Part shown: positions 12,146-25,200 of the stretch, one piece after another | Numbering within the stretch: position 1 is the first letter of the stretch | How the letters are laid out: each line of letters begins with the position of its first letter | NCBI GenBank assembly: GCA_900088475.1 | Contig: FLMG01000334.1 | Location: 1 to 63,209, forward strand | Direction of reading: 5' to 3' | Length of the DNA: 63,209 nt | Source: Hyphochytrium catenoides | Taxonomy: Eukaryota; Protista; Hyphochytriomycota | The notes under the pieces: generated by a model | The model's input: the letters and a program-made list of their open reading frames with translations, nothing else | Databases searched by the model: none | Told to the model about the DNA's origin: nothing | Made by a program: the position numbers and the translations under genes

Positions 12146-15100
12146 CTACACTAACTCTAAGGGAGATTGAACGAGACAGAGTGCCTTCGCTTTTCTTGCA
12201 CCCCGTCGGTTCTTTCTGCGAAGGTTAGGAGAGAAGAGGAGGAAGGAACCTTCAAGACTGAGCGAGTCTTGGACTTGGATCTCACCTCCACTAGAGCTGT
12301 CGAAAAGTCTGAGCGGAACTTCTGCAGTTCTAGAAAGAAGTTCTCAATGGTTTGTTCTTGGTTCTCACAAAAGTAGGCCAGCACGTCTTGACACTGTGTA
12401 GGGCGTAAAGGGAAGAAGAAACGTGAGAGTCGGCGAGAGAGATAGTGTTTGAGATTAATGAGATAAACAAAAATGGAGTCAGGAACTATCTCAATATTTG
12501 GTGAAATGATGCGCCCTCCTGTTCTTCATTGTCTGTGCTCACCTTCTCCGTCACCTCTGTGAGGTGACTGTGAATCTGTCTGAGCTCTCTTTCGGCATGC
12601 AGGGCAAACTCTGCGAGGCCCATGTCCACCTGGATAAAGAAGAGACAATCAATATAGATAGCGCAGGATTGACCCTCCTTCTTGCTTCCACACAGCTGTT
12701 CCTCCTCATTCTTGATTTCATCAATCTTAAATCCGATTCTTGCTGCTATCAGGAGTGCCCTTTTGTTTGGCAAGCCCTTAGCTATCGCGAGGCCTTACCT
12801 GATCCGTCTTCGCTTCTCGGAGGACATTCTGTAGTCCATTGCCTAAGTCTTTCCACTCCCCATTTAGCTGAAGCAGGGAGATTCGGGACGCCTCCTCAAG
12901 GTGCGGTAACTGCTTCTCCCATTGTAGGGTGTCAGGGAGCTCCCTCTCTAATATCGCTAGAAGGTAGTGGAGGAGAGATGATTGGCCATAAAACGCTTTG
13001 GTATGAGAGAGCTTTGATAAAGAAGAGAGATGGAACGCAACGGCAGGCGGCCCTCGGCTGGCGCTATAGCCGTTGTTTAGTTGGTTTCCTATGACTAGAA
13101 CGAGTTCAAGAATAATCTGTTGAAAGCACGATAGAGAAACGAGGGTTAGATGAGCAACCAGCAGAAAGGTCCTGAGCGAAAAGCAAAAGATAGAATGGTA
13201 AGCGCTAGCGGCACCGACATATGCAGACTACTGATGGGAACGCTAGACAGTGAGAATAGGCCAGTAAGGGATTGTTTGCCACCCCGAGTCATGCACTTGT
13301 GACACAATCCATACCCTTCCATCTCTCCCTCCCTCTAAAAGCCCTTCTCCCCTTCAGTCCTCCATTTCTCATTCTCTCTCCCTCTGCCATAGAACTTCCG
13401 TTGCATGCTACCTTGAGTGATAAGCTTCCTTTAACCTCTTCGCAACTTATGGTGAGAGTGCGAATGGCTGTGCGGATATCTCCCAGGCGTAATGGGAACT
13501 GTTGCTTGTATAACAAGCATCCTAGTCGCGCTCTCACTCTCGAGATAGAGCTCATCTCCAAGATGAACTGATCTGCCTACGGAATAGCAGCGGTTGAAGC
13601 ATGGTAAGTCCAATGGGACTCTAGATGACGGATAGGAGACCTTATCAAAAACACTGCGGATAAGGTAGCAACTCTAAAAACTGTGCACAGGATAGGATAG
13701 CTTGCGTGAGGGCTCACGTCAGTTGACACCGAGTGGCAAGCTCGTGGAAGTCCGAGACAACGAAATAGGTCCAGCTCTCGAGTTCTCTCCTTCATACCAC
13801 GGTAAGTTGTCGGGGTAGGCCCTCAAAGCTCTTTATAGCCTCAAACTCCTCTGTAGTGGGCCACGCCTCGAGAATAGAGCGAAGTTGTGCTGGTGTGAAG
13901 ACTGAAGCGTCCATGGCTTCGACCTTTTCCCTCATTTCCCTGATTACATAAAGAAGCATACGTAAGGGGAAGCCCGGTCGAAACTGGAACGGAGGAAGCA
14001 GTGCAAGCAATGCCCATTAGCATATGTGAAAGCTAGATTCGTCGAGCGACTGGAGAAACCCCAGAGAACCCAAGCGTGACCAAATGGCAGGTGGCCTTTC
14101 GAAGGCAGAAGGCTAGAAATGTGCCAATAAGGAGACATGCGGGGGAGGCGACTGAGCGCTTACGAGAAGGGGAGCCGGACCCTAGCCAGTACGATGGCAA
14201 GATTTTGAGATCTTTTGGAATCCATCAGGGTTATCTTCTTTTCGGTAGATCCTATTACTTTGCCTGTTCCTGCAATTGCTGAATATTTATTTTTTTGCGA
14301 GTTGGAAGAGAGCGCTCCGTCTTGATATGTTGAGGTGGAGTGCTTGGAACGAGAATTGATTGGAGGAGGGCAAACGAAGAGGGACTCGAACTCCTTCAAG
14401 TCAAGAGCGATATCTGGCAGAACTTAATTAGCAAAAAGAATGCAAGGCCAGGACACCAAGAACTACAAATATGGATAAAGGGGAACCGTCGAAGGTCATA
14501 AGTGAAGGTGGTACACAGCTGAAGGGAGGCAACAGGCTAAACGCAGTACAATGCAAGGACAATCGATGTGGGGGCTTCAACAGTGTGAGAGATTTACCTT
14601 GTAGTGCTTTGTGGGTCCACACCGTGTTCTTTCTGGCTCGGACCTCCTCTTCGGGGATGACGTCCCAGTGCAATTTCTTTCTCACAGATATTGTTTGCGG
14701 CACAGCAGGCTTAGTCGGTGCCGGTGTAGAAGAGCAAAGCGGAGGTCGGGACGCAACTGGAGGTACGGGCCGCGAGAGAAGGTTAGGTGGGGGTCCGTTG
14801 GGGTCTAGATCCAAGATGGTTGGGTCAACATTCTCCGCCGTCATCTTATGCTTGACGGCTACTGCAGGTAGACCTACAGCCAGCATTGTGAAGTACTTTT
14901 TGTATCTAGGATCTTCTTTAATAGGGACAAAGCTCTTCGCTCCTTCCGCTTCAGGCACCTGCTCCGGTTTTCCGGTCTCTACTTCTTTGACCGCTCCTCC
15001 TTTCATCTGTTTGGCTTCTCTTGCAAACGTCTCAGTAATAGTAGTTTCCGACTTCTTCTTGGAGATTGGTGATGAGAAAGAAAGACTCTTTTTCTCCGTC

Positions 15101-16707
15101 TTTGTTGCTCTGCTATCAATAAGTTTGTGGAGTCGACTCGACGTTGGTTCGGGAGGGATGGACGAGTCCAATGGATTCGAGGATGCCTGAATCCGGGCAC
15201 TAAGAGATGATAATGTGGACGCCATACCCGAAGAGCGCTGCACCACCGTCTCTGGCTCGTCTTGCTGTGACAGTGAAAGGAGCCCCTGTTTGGCCGCTTC
15301 TATCGCGCCTTCAGACACGTTGTCTGCACTCATCTTATGCAGCACGGCTTCCAGGGGAAGCCCAATCTTGAGCATCTTAGCGTACTTGAAAAGATTCTCT
15401 TTCTTCCATTGAACACCATCTGAATCTCCTCTCGGCACTTCGTGGAGTGCTCGCTGATGACACATTCTATCATTGATAGGACCAGTGTGAAGAGAAAGCT
15501 CTCCCTTTTCACCACTGCTTCCTCCATCTATCACTTCGGGTCGCAGCCGGCTGACTATCTGATCGAACGCTTTCAAGTCACCACCTTCCAGCTGTCATAA
15601 ATACAAACGTTCAGTTGATGCGGCGAACAGCCACAGGTGCCGATCCAATGAAAAGAGTTACCCCACCATTCTTCCTGTCTTAAGCCCCCAACAAGAATAG
15701 GATATGGACCTTCTAGAGCAAGCAAACTTATAGCAAACTAATAGACTGGGCTCATCTTTGGGAAAGGAACTTGGAGATATGTGAGGAACGGGATTGCTAC
15801 TCATACCTGCAACTTGTGCCTGACTGCCTCCGCGGGGAGCCCCACTTTGACCATGTGAAGGTACTTGGCATATACTCCTGGTTCCTCATTTTCTTGTTCT
15901 TTACTTTGACGGCATCCCGCCTCTTCAGTTTGCTTAGTCTTTTGTCCTTCTTGGTCTCCCAGCGCCACCACCTCTTCTTCAACTTCCTCTATGCTCGATA
16001 TAGTCGACGTTGAGCTGACAGGAGGACTAACATAACTAGGATAAGTTGCTCCAAAGGGGTCGGCCGGAAGAACAGACTCCTCTGAGTCGAAATCAGGATA
16101 TGCTTTAGCCCACCCGAGTGCGTGGATCAATGGGGAACAAGCATCGGCCAATGTTAGATGGAGGACAGTATTAGAGGCACAAAGTCAAACGACAAAGAAA
16201 GATCAACGGCAAGCGGTCGAATCCTAAGAAGTTCACTTGGGAAAGACGCGCGAGACTCCAGTTGGGTGGAAGGTGACCGTCCCAAGTAACTGGTTAACAA
16301 AATTGCCAGTAATAATGAGTGACCTTCTATGGAGAAAATAGCATTTCGAAAAAGAGCTTTCGGTATCGGTCGTACTTGGCCTCTTTCTAGTCCGACGAGG
16401 GACAGGGATCAATATAGGATTCAGCAATGGCAGCTTCGGGGTGTAAGATGTACCACTTCCGTCTTGCCCTGCTGCCGCAATATCTGACACAATTGACTTT
16501 TGACTTGAGCCAGACCGTGCGTGGTCTTTTCCTCTTTTACTTCCAAATGTTCCTGGAAGAATGAGTGGAAGACATATAGAGAGTTCAGTCAGGGACTCAA
16601 GCCATTGTCTAACCTCCACACGCCATCTCGTAGACGTCTAAAGGATACCTACCTAAATACTTCTCGAAGCTATCGAGAGGAGACTTCAATAAAGATTGAC
16701 TCAGCAT
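12146..16707 (-). CDS. Formin (FH2 domain) with three N-terminal CCDC53/WASHC3 C-terminal-like repeats and a short proline-rich segment
   Basis: FH2 motifs across exons: RKKLHWDVIP...NTVW, ITLMDSKRSQNLAIVLARVRLPF, ADQFILEMSSISRVRARL, ILELVLVIGNQLNNG...AFHLSSLSKLSHTKA...LLHYL, VLAYFCE...FFLELQKF. Both termini are approximate. Confidence 0.88.
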
Positions 16708-18894
16708 GGCTTCTAATCCTTCTTATCCTTCAAAGGAGTTCTATACTGCAGAGACTTGAGCGCCGTAGAGTCTCCAACGGTTGCTACCTCCGACAATGCG
16801 GACCTACAAAAGGCGATGAAAATGCTCTGCAGCAGCTGCATCGGAATCTGAAATAAGAAGTGAAGCTTTTTGCGAGTGCTGACCGTGATTCTTATTGGCT
16901 TTTCGGTATTGGAAAATGGGGCGGCGAAGGAAAGAGTTCAAATAAATGTTTAGTGGTATTAGACGGACCAAAGCGGAGTAACTTTAGGATGTAGTTTGAC
17001 AGGGACCATAACGGATGTGTATGACCCCTAGAGGCAAGGTACATCAAAGGAACCTCTGGGAGATCTACTTCTCCAAAGACCTTTATAGCAAGGTGTGTTG
17101 AAGTGGCACGATGGGTGGGAGTCGTAGATGTGAAAGAGGTAAATATAGCGCTAGTCCTACCACCCACCCTCTCCAAACGGCATCACGGCTATAAAAACAG
17201 GTTGTCTCATAATGGACGATGGATGTCATGTCCCTGCCACCCACCGCGGCGGCGTCGGGCCATCATCATCATTCTTCTTCATAGAATTTGTTAAGTAATA
17301 ATCGAGCATCAACACCGCTATCTCCTCGTATTAGCCTGCATGATGTTGCCGTCCCCAGCAGCGGGCCGGTCAGTTGCTGCTAGAAGAAGGTAGCAGTAGC
17401 TTGCTCCTCTTCCTCCCTCCTCCCCGCGACGAGACCAAGTAGGACGACGAGACAACAAAAAATAAAAAGCGAGGGAGCAGAAGCCACCAGCTACCTAGTA
17501 GCAGTAGCTCCTCCATCCGTCGTGGTGGAGGAGAAGAGACAGCAGCAGGAAAATAGGGGATTGGACAACGTTGTTAAGGGAGTGGGGAGTGGTGCGACAA
17601 AGATCTGAGCTTCTATGTTGAGTATAGATCAAGATCATCCGCGCCACTGCTGCTACTACTACTACTACTCTTCTTATTATTACTAATTAAAGTCTGGAGC
17701 ACCATCATCATCATCATCATCCTACTACCCCTACTATCTACTACTAAACCTGCTGTCACTTTGTGATGATTGTAGTAAAAAAGGACTAAATCTAGTGGAG
17801 GAAAAAGGTTCAAGACAATCTGGCTGTACACCACCCGGCGGATACCTCGCTCTTCTTTGAACAGGAGAAGGAGGGCAGCACCGGATATAGAATTGGCACG
17901 GCGGCGGGAGGAACATATTGTTAAAGGACAAGAAGCCAAGAACAGCCTGCTGCCGCTCATGTCTCTCTAGAACTATAGGCGTACATAATAATGATGCATG
18001 ATCGTTTAGAGCCAGGTTGAGCCAGAAGAAAAAGGAGAAACGACGGAATAGTGAAGACCCAACCAAGAGCAACAGAAAGAAGAAATACAAGAAAGTGTTG
18101 TAAGCCTAGGTGATCAACTGTCATCGACAAAAAAGACATCGACAATATCAGAGTCTCCACAAGAAAAGTTCAAAAAAAGAAGTGCAAGCAACATGAAAAT
18201 AATGAGGAAAGTACGTATGGTAGAACCTATGGCTGTTTCGCCTTCTTTTGCAATGGAACTCGCTCTCCTCCTCTCTTCTGACGATAGGAAGCAATAAGGA
18301 TCATCATCATCAAAACGAAGAATAATAATGCTCATGTTGCTTGATTGCTGCTTTCCCTGCCTATTATTATTATTGAGCTACTACTACTATGGTTGGGAAA
18401 GCTCATCTTCATTTAGTTTAGATTAGTTTAGAAGAAGACTGAAGAGTAGAGCACCAGTCTTCCCGTTACAACCTCAGTATCATCATGATCTGGATGCCCA
18501 GCCACCAGTCACCGCCGCCGGGCACAATATTTTAAGAAGCATCATGATGTCATGACTTGAGCTGGATGGGAGGAGAGGATCAACACACTCTCAATGGTAC
18601 TCGTAGAATGGGAGCAAGGGGCACCGATTACCAGTCATAATTCTTATTCAGTAATCTGCTCCTCTCGTTCCTCTTGACCTGCTGATAATTTCGGACACGC
18701 CAAGCCTTTCCCTTCGAGCAAAACCAAAGCCCCTTTAAGTAAGGTTCGACCCAAAAAGTGTAGTTGTAGGAGAAAGATGGACATACGACGGCGTCTGATA
18801 CTCGTACATGTAGTACATCGTACATCGGCAGTATTGAACTCCAATGCAAAGGTTCCACCTGTAGATTCCACCATTCACTTTTGGCTGATTGTGT

Positions 18895-19290
18895 AGGTAG
18901 ATAGAGGGGTGAGATGAGGGGAGACAGAGTCATAGAGAGATAGCGAAGAGATAACCAAAAAAGGAGAAGAAATAAGAGAAAGAGCAAGTATATATTGCCC
19001 AAGACTACAGTCTTGACACTGACAAAGCAAGAGACAGAGAATGAAACAGAGATAAGTAGAGAGAGAGAGAGAAAGTGAGGAAGACAGGGAGAAAAAAGAG
19101 TAAGAAAAAAGAGGAAGAAAGAGAGCGAAGAGAGAGAGGAACTGGGAGGGAGACAGAGGGAGAGAGAGAAAGAAGGAAGAGAGAAAGGAACAGAGAGAGA
19201 GAGAGACGGCCAGAGAAAGAGAGGAGATAAAGATAAAAGACAGAGCGAGGGAGAGAGACAGAGGGAGAGGGAAAGAAAGAGAGAGGTACA
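18895..19290. repeat. AG-rich low-complexity tract (CT-rich on the minus strand)
   Basis: Directly visible. Confidence 0.75.
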
Positions 19291-19714
19291 AAGTGATGAA
19301 GGAAGAGAGGGAGTAGTTCGGAACTACAAGTTCCTCGGTCCTGGTGACCGCCGTGCTGTGGTGGAGGATGCCAATCTCTGTTGACCGACGGAGACCAGCC
19401 TCCAGCTTGCAAGACCAACAGACGGGAACGCAGCTTATCTGAAGCTCAAGAAGACGGCACTGCTGTCGCTAATAAGAGGCAGGCGGTACGCTTCCTATTC
19501 TCCATGGCAGCTGAAAGTGCCTATCATGAAGGCAAAAGGGAGAAGGAAATGTCGTTAACGTTGTAAGGAAACATTTCATCGGACTCAGGCCCTCGTCTTT
19601 CCTCCAACCATGCGCAGACCATGTCTGGCTGCAAGAGCTTCTAGCATCGCAGCCGCCCCGCAGCGGTAAACATAGAGCTCTGTAGCCATCGTAGGGCTTC
19701 ATTACATCCCCAAC

Positions 19715-21670
19715 ATGATGATTTCACGCCCACGTACTCCCACAAAACCGGATGGACAGGCGGAGAGAGCGCCCAAGACTGCGACGCCCCTCTCCCGGTT
19801 TTCTAGCCCTCTCAAGCTGCGTGATCAGATGTCGCCAGCTCTCAGTGGCCGGCTGCTCTACTCCTCAGGCAAAGGCTCATTATCAATGAGAGTGGACCAG
19901 CCTGTTCAAAACTGTGCCTTGCAGCCCCATACATTTTATCGCCACTCCGGACCAGCAACTCAAAGCGCGTTTCACATGTCTTATCGCTGGTACCGCAGTC
20001 CCAGAAAGCTCGTCTGTGCCAACCCAGGTTGCCCTCAGGTAGAGTCAAAGGAAGGTCTTTCATCAAAGGCCACCATAGAATGCGTGGTGTGTCTGAAGTT
20101 AGCCATCTCCCGCCAATACTCCTGCTTTTGCTCGGTCGAATGTTTCCGCACCACCTGGCCTAGTCATTCGCGGTTACATTCTACTCATCAAAAGACCCGG
20201 AATGGCCTTCTAATCGGCAATGGTAGCAGTGCTGCTCCTGGAAGTGTGGCTAACGATGACGCAAAGGTTGAAAACTCGAATGGTGTGAAGGAGGCGGTAC
20301 CAGCTTTCGATGAGACCAGCCTTACGTTCACTAGTACTGCACCCGTCGAAGAGGATGTCTGGGTGGAGGTCGGGGACCAGAAGCAGTATACGCCAACGAG
20401 TGAGGATGTGGGCCACGTTCTTAGGGTTGAATGCACGGTCTTTGAGGGAACTGGCTCCGTTGTGTCGGCTCCGCAATCCGTAGAGACTGACATTGTGCTC
20501 CCTACGCCGCCCGACCCACCGCCACGGCGCTTTCTTTACCCGCGCGCGTACCTGAAGAATGGACTGGACTCTCGCGCGCCGAAGCTCCGTGTAATGTCCT
20601 ACAACCTCTTAGCAGAGATTTACGCTTCTCGTCAAATGTACTCGTACTGTCCGCTATGGGCCCTACAATGGTCCTACAGGAGGAACCTTCTTCTAAGAGA
20701 CATTGCACAGTGTAGTCCTGATATAGCCTGCCTTCAGGAGGTTCAAGCGGATCACTTTGACGACTTCTTCCACCCCAAAATGAAGGAGTTGGGCTATGAG
20801 GGTGTCTACAAGCAGAAAACCAGGGAATCTATGGGTTTGGAAGGCAAAGTGGACGGATGTGCCATCTTTTTCAAGAGAGGGCTCTTCGAGATCAAGGAGA
20901 AATATGTTATAGAGTTCAATGAGGCCGCCGCTTCCGCCTTTGAGTCTCGCCGCTCTCTCTTTGAGGCCAAACACCCTCCGCCCACGCCTTCTCAGCAGAC
21001 GGATTACGATAAGATGGAGAGACTCGCGCTGCAGCGTCTACTGAAAGACAACATCGCGCAGGTTGTCATCCTGAACTATGTGAAGGAGGGTCCTGGGAAG
21101 AGCTTTCAGGTCTGTGTGGCCAACACACATATCCTTTCCAATCCAGAGTTTGCAGATGTAAAGCTCTGGCAAACACAGACACTCATTCGGGAGCTAGAGA
21201 AGCTTGTCTCTGCACGGAACATCCCTCTTATCCTCTGCGGGGACTTCAACAGCGAACCGAAGAGCGCTGTTTATGAGCTCATATCTCAGCAAAGGGTTCG
21301 GTATGACCACCAAGACTTTGAAAAAGACGTGGCAGGGATTCTCTCATCTTCTTCGTCTCTCACCCATAAGATGTCTCTGACGTCCGCTTATGCCGCTGTT
21401 GCGGGCTCCGAGCCTAGCTATACAAACTATACCGAGAAGTGGGTTGGAGTGGTGGACTACATCTGGCTCTCTTCTGACACGCTAGAAACTGTGTCTGTTC
21501 TGGAGACTCATCCTCCTTCTGTCCTGCAAGACTATTGCAAGACAGCCCTTCCTAACTCTCAGTTCCCTTCAGACCACGTTCCCATCGTGGCCGATCTTCA
21601 GTTGGTTCGAAGGGGTCTAGGGGTCGGCAGTAGGGCCCAACAGAGCTATCTGCATTCTCTCAAGTACTGA
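19715..21670 (+). CDS. CCR4: CCR4-family deadenylase (EEP nuclease), plant-type with N-terminal Cys-rich finger and no LRR; intronless
   Basis: EEP motifs VMSYNLLAEIYA, CLQEVQ, DGCAIFF, VANTH, CGDFNS, TNYT...VDYIW and FPSDH. N-terminal YRWYR, CxxC...FCSxECF...W..H and WVEVG..K.YTPTSEDVGHVL resemble plant CCR4a/b. Confidence 0.93.
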   Translation: MMISRPRTPTKPDGQAERAPKTATPLSRFSSPLKLRDQMSPALSGRLLYSSGKGSLSMRVDQPVQNCALQPHTFYRHSGPATQSAFHMSYRWYRSPRKLVCANPGCPQVESKEGLSSKATIECVVCLKLAISRQYSCFCSVECFRTTWPSHSRLHSTHQKTRNGLLIGNGSSAAPGSVANDDAKVENSNGVKEAVPAFDETSLTFTSTAPVEEDVWVEVGDQKQYTPTSEDVGHVLRVECTVFEGTGSVVSAPQSVETDIVLPTPPDPPPRRFLYPRAYLKNGLDSRAPKLRVMSYNLLAEIYASRQMYSYCPLWALQWSYRRNLLLRDIAQCSPDIACLQEVQADHFDDFFHPKMKELGYEGVYKQKTRESMGLEGKVDGCAIFFKRGLFEIKEKYVIEFNEAAASAFESRRSLFEAKHPPPTPSQQTDYDKMERLALQRLLKDNIAQVVILNYVKEGPGKSFQVCVANTHILSNPEFADVKLWQTQTLIRELEKLVSARNIPLILCGDFNSEPKSAVYELISQQRVRYDHQDFEKDVAGILSSSSSLTHKMSLTSAYAAVAGSEPSYTNYTEKWVGVVDYIWLSSDTLETVSVLETHPPSVLQDYCKTALPNSQFPSDHVPIVADLQLVRRGLGVGSRAQQSYLHSLKY

Positions 21671-22271
21671 AAGGTGGATAGAAGAGATGCATCGCTTTGC
21701 TTTCTCCAATGCGGAGCCTCGTGAGACACAGGATCCCAGTGGGACTAGGGAAAACCGCTGCTTCCCGTGTGCCGTTAGGAGCCGGACGTTCCTTTTGCCT
21801 TTCCAGGTCTCCACCTGGGTCAAGAGACTACTGTAGTTTGCAGTTCGACTTTGCTCAGATTTCTCCATAGTTCTACCCTTGCGCTGCTCATCTCCGGATA
21901 AACTTATGCACGGCACATCGATAGGAGGAGAAAAGGTGCTATAGGCAAGAGAAAATAGTAAATAAATAAAATGTACCGCAGTAGCCTAGGTAATGGCAAG
22001 CGGCAGTGGGAAATGAAGTCTCTAGCGATCTATCGATAGCTGTGGAAGAAAGGATGAGGAAGATGTTACATCACTAGCGTCAGACAGTGGTGCAGGCCGA
22101 AGACAATGTCACCTCTTCACCAGCGGGATAGGGCAATGGAAGGTGAGACGCAGCGGTAATGTAGACATCGCTCTAGACAAAAGAATGGGAGGACTCATAG
22201 GAGGGCGCCATCTATAAGCTAATGCCAAGGATAACCCCTGGACTCTGTCCATGATTCGCGTCAGGCAAGGA

Positions 22272-25200
22272 CTACAGAAGCTTCTTGATTTTGGTGATCT
22301 GCTTCCTTCTGGCCTCTGTCTCCCCCTCGCATGTGCACCGGACCTTTCCACACGTCCAGCATACCTCTCTTCTGTCCGCTCGAAGGTCAGTCTTGGGTCG
22401 TCGATACTCATATGACACCTCCGCGAGGATGGTTTGAGAGAGTTGAGAGATAATCTGAAGTGGAAATAATAAGAGGAGGAAATGTAGGTAAGTGGCAATG
22501 CGTGGAGGAACAGCGTAGCCAGCAACTTAGCTATTTGCTACAAGCAGTTTCAGAGCAATCAGAGTACAAGAAATTTCAGAGCAATCAGAGTATGTATCCG
22601 GATCTCAGTAAAGAGAATGAAGCAAAGTCAATGCCTCCTACTGAGATGCTGAGGCTTTGTCGTAAGACTAGTACGCGAGGGGCAATGGGGCAGTCAGGAG
22701 GAAGAGCATTAGCAGCAACCAGGTTGAGTATACTCGAGGCAACCCGTCACCCTGTGGGTCTCCAACAACAATGGGAAAGCGAATGAAACTCACATCCGCA
22801 GAGTGATGCAGGAATCTCCCTGCTCCTTCTCCTCCCTTTGACAGCGCCTCCTCAGCCACTTTTTTCATTTGCTGACGATAGATCTCCTCCACAGCGTTCC
22901 GGACAGAGGCCTCCTCTCTTTCCTCGTAATCCTGCCGTCTCTGTCGTCGAAGGAGGATAGCCAAAAATAATTTTCAAAAATGGGCATCGGAGAGTTTAAT
23001 GGGGCCCGGCAATGGGTAAGAGAAGAGCCAAACACGTTAAAAGTCGTTCTGGACTCTTGGTGGCCTACCTTCGCAGAGATCGTTTGAGCTTCATCCAACC
23101 TTATCGCTGCCTTGAAGGCACGTCTAAGTTCCATCTCTTGAGCTGCTTGTTCCTTCTTTATGATGTTTGCTGGTCGTAAGGATGTGATGACAGTGCGCGG
23201 GAGCATGATAAGTGTAGAGCATAACGGAGAGTCCTGAGAGCCAACACTCGATGAATGAAAGACACACAACCCTGAGCGTTGTCCACTAACGTAGGAAGTC
23301 TAGGGAGGCAGTTGGGCCTAGGCCTAAAGCTTTCCGGACAAGACTTACTTCTAATATTCTTCACCTTCCACCTGGCGATCTGTGTCCTTATCCGCTTCTT
23401 TTTTTCCCGACTAAGTAGATACTCGCCATGAGATATTTCTAGTCGACGAAGCAGCTGTACAGGACAAGATTTTACATTCAGTTCTTGTCAACAATTGCCT
23501 CCGCTCTCCGCATCGTAGCTTAGCTTAAGCTTCAAATTCCAAGCGGATCTTATTCCTCTCCTCTGTTTCTTTCTTTCAAGATGTGTCTGTCCTCCACTAT
23601 TCCAGGTAGTGTCCACTCTCGCGTGGCCCATCTCCCCACCTTATCACATAATGTTCTAAATAACTGCGAGTGACTCCGGGTGTCTCCTCGTTGACCTCTG
23701 TGCAGTCACCTAATCTCTCCCTCTTCACCAGTCTAGTCTATTGTACCTCCATAAACTCAAGCTCTCTGGTCCAATACTCGTCCAGATCGGTCTCCAGGTC
23801 TTCATATTCCAAAGTCAGAGCTTCAATGTCATCGTATTGTTGCATGGCCTAAGATCCTACCATTAGCTAGAACTTTTTATCGAGGTAAACAAGCTCAAGT
23901 GGGATAGCAGGTTCTCACAGACAGGCCAAGGAATGCGCACACTAAGGAGAATCTTGAGTGACCTCTCTCTCTGTTGTTTACGGCTTTGTTCCATGTCATA
24001 CTTACCATACCCTTGAGAGTATGGACCTCTTCTGCGCTCATTGCTAGCGCCTGCGTCAGAAAGTAGTCCTCTCTCCTGCAGCTCTCTCCCCACCCTGCTT
24101 CACTGTCAGCTTTGCTCATGGCTTTAAGCTCCATTTGGACTTCCTCTTGCCGCCTAGCCATCTCCTCCTATAATGAGCGTGAATAGTGAGTCAAGATGGA
24201 GAAGAGAGCCAAAGCGATCCATGAGTAACTGAATGGGCAAGTGACTATGAAGAGCAGCGATCCTGATTGCTCTGCTGGAGATGGAAAAACGTGAGAGTGA
24301 ACGGTACCCTGAGAGTCCGGAGCTCATCCAGCCTCCTCCTCGTCGACTTTTGCCATTTTGTATAGTATGCAAGATCCTCTCTCACATCCTGCATATCGAA
24401 CCTAATCATTTCCATTTCTTCCTGTGAACGATCGGTCAAAGGCAGGGCGGGGCACAGGTCACGAATGAATGGCGGTGAGAGTGCTAGACCGTATATCGAG
24501 GAGAGAAGAGCGACTGCATTCACTAGACTGAAGAGCGGGGAGTAGATGTGGTGATTTCAATCTATTGCTGATGCAAGCGAGGGGCAGATCATACAGAAGG
24601 AGACAGTCTGAGATGTGGAGTTCATCTTACCTCGCAATCCTGAAGGTTATCCTTTGCTTCCTGCACAAGATAAAGGAACCGGAGAATGCGCACCCTCTCA
24701 CGACTCAAGAACCCTCTCCAGACCCTCTGAATCTTGACGGCTGCAGCACCTTCTTTAGCTGCTCTCTCCCTACACATAGAGCGTAAAAGAATAAGTAGGG
24801 CGGAAACGGAAGGGACGGGCGATAGAGAGGTATCAGCAGCGGTGCAGCTCCCAAAGACCTAATGTTGCGATCGTCAACGCCCTGTTGAGGGACTCGGTAA
24901 CTTGAGAGATGAGATTGTCTACTGCCAGACTCCAGTGTCTCTTTACTCTATCTCTCATGCGCCTCCTTTCTTTCATCGTAAAAGTTCTTCTACCTGAGCA
25001 TGTGATGGACCTTTATGCGCGCCAAATGGCAGCGGTAGGCACATTGAATCCGTAGTACCAGAGATACTGCAAAGAGATATCAGAAGAGAAGCCGTCACTT
25101 CAATGACTTATAAAACAGACTGCCGGGGGTTCTGGACGAGGAGAGCGCTGTGGAAGTAGCCAATCCGCATGTAGGAAGCACGAGATGAAGAATAGTGTTG

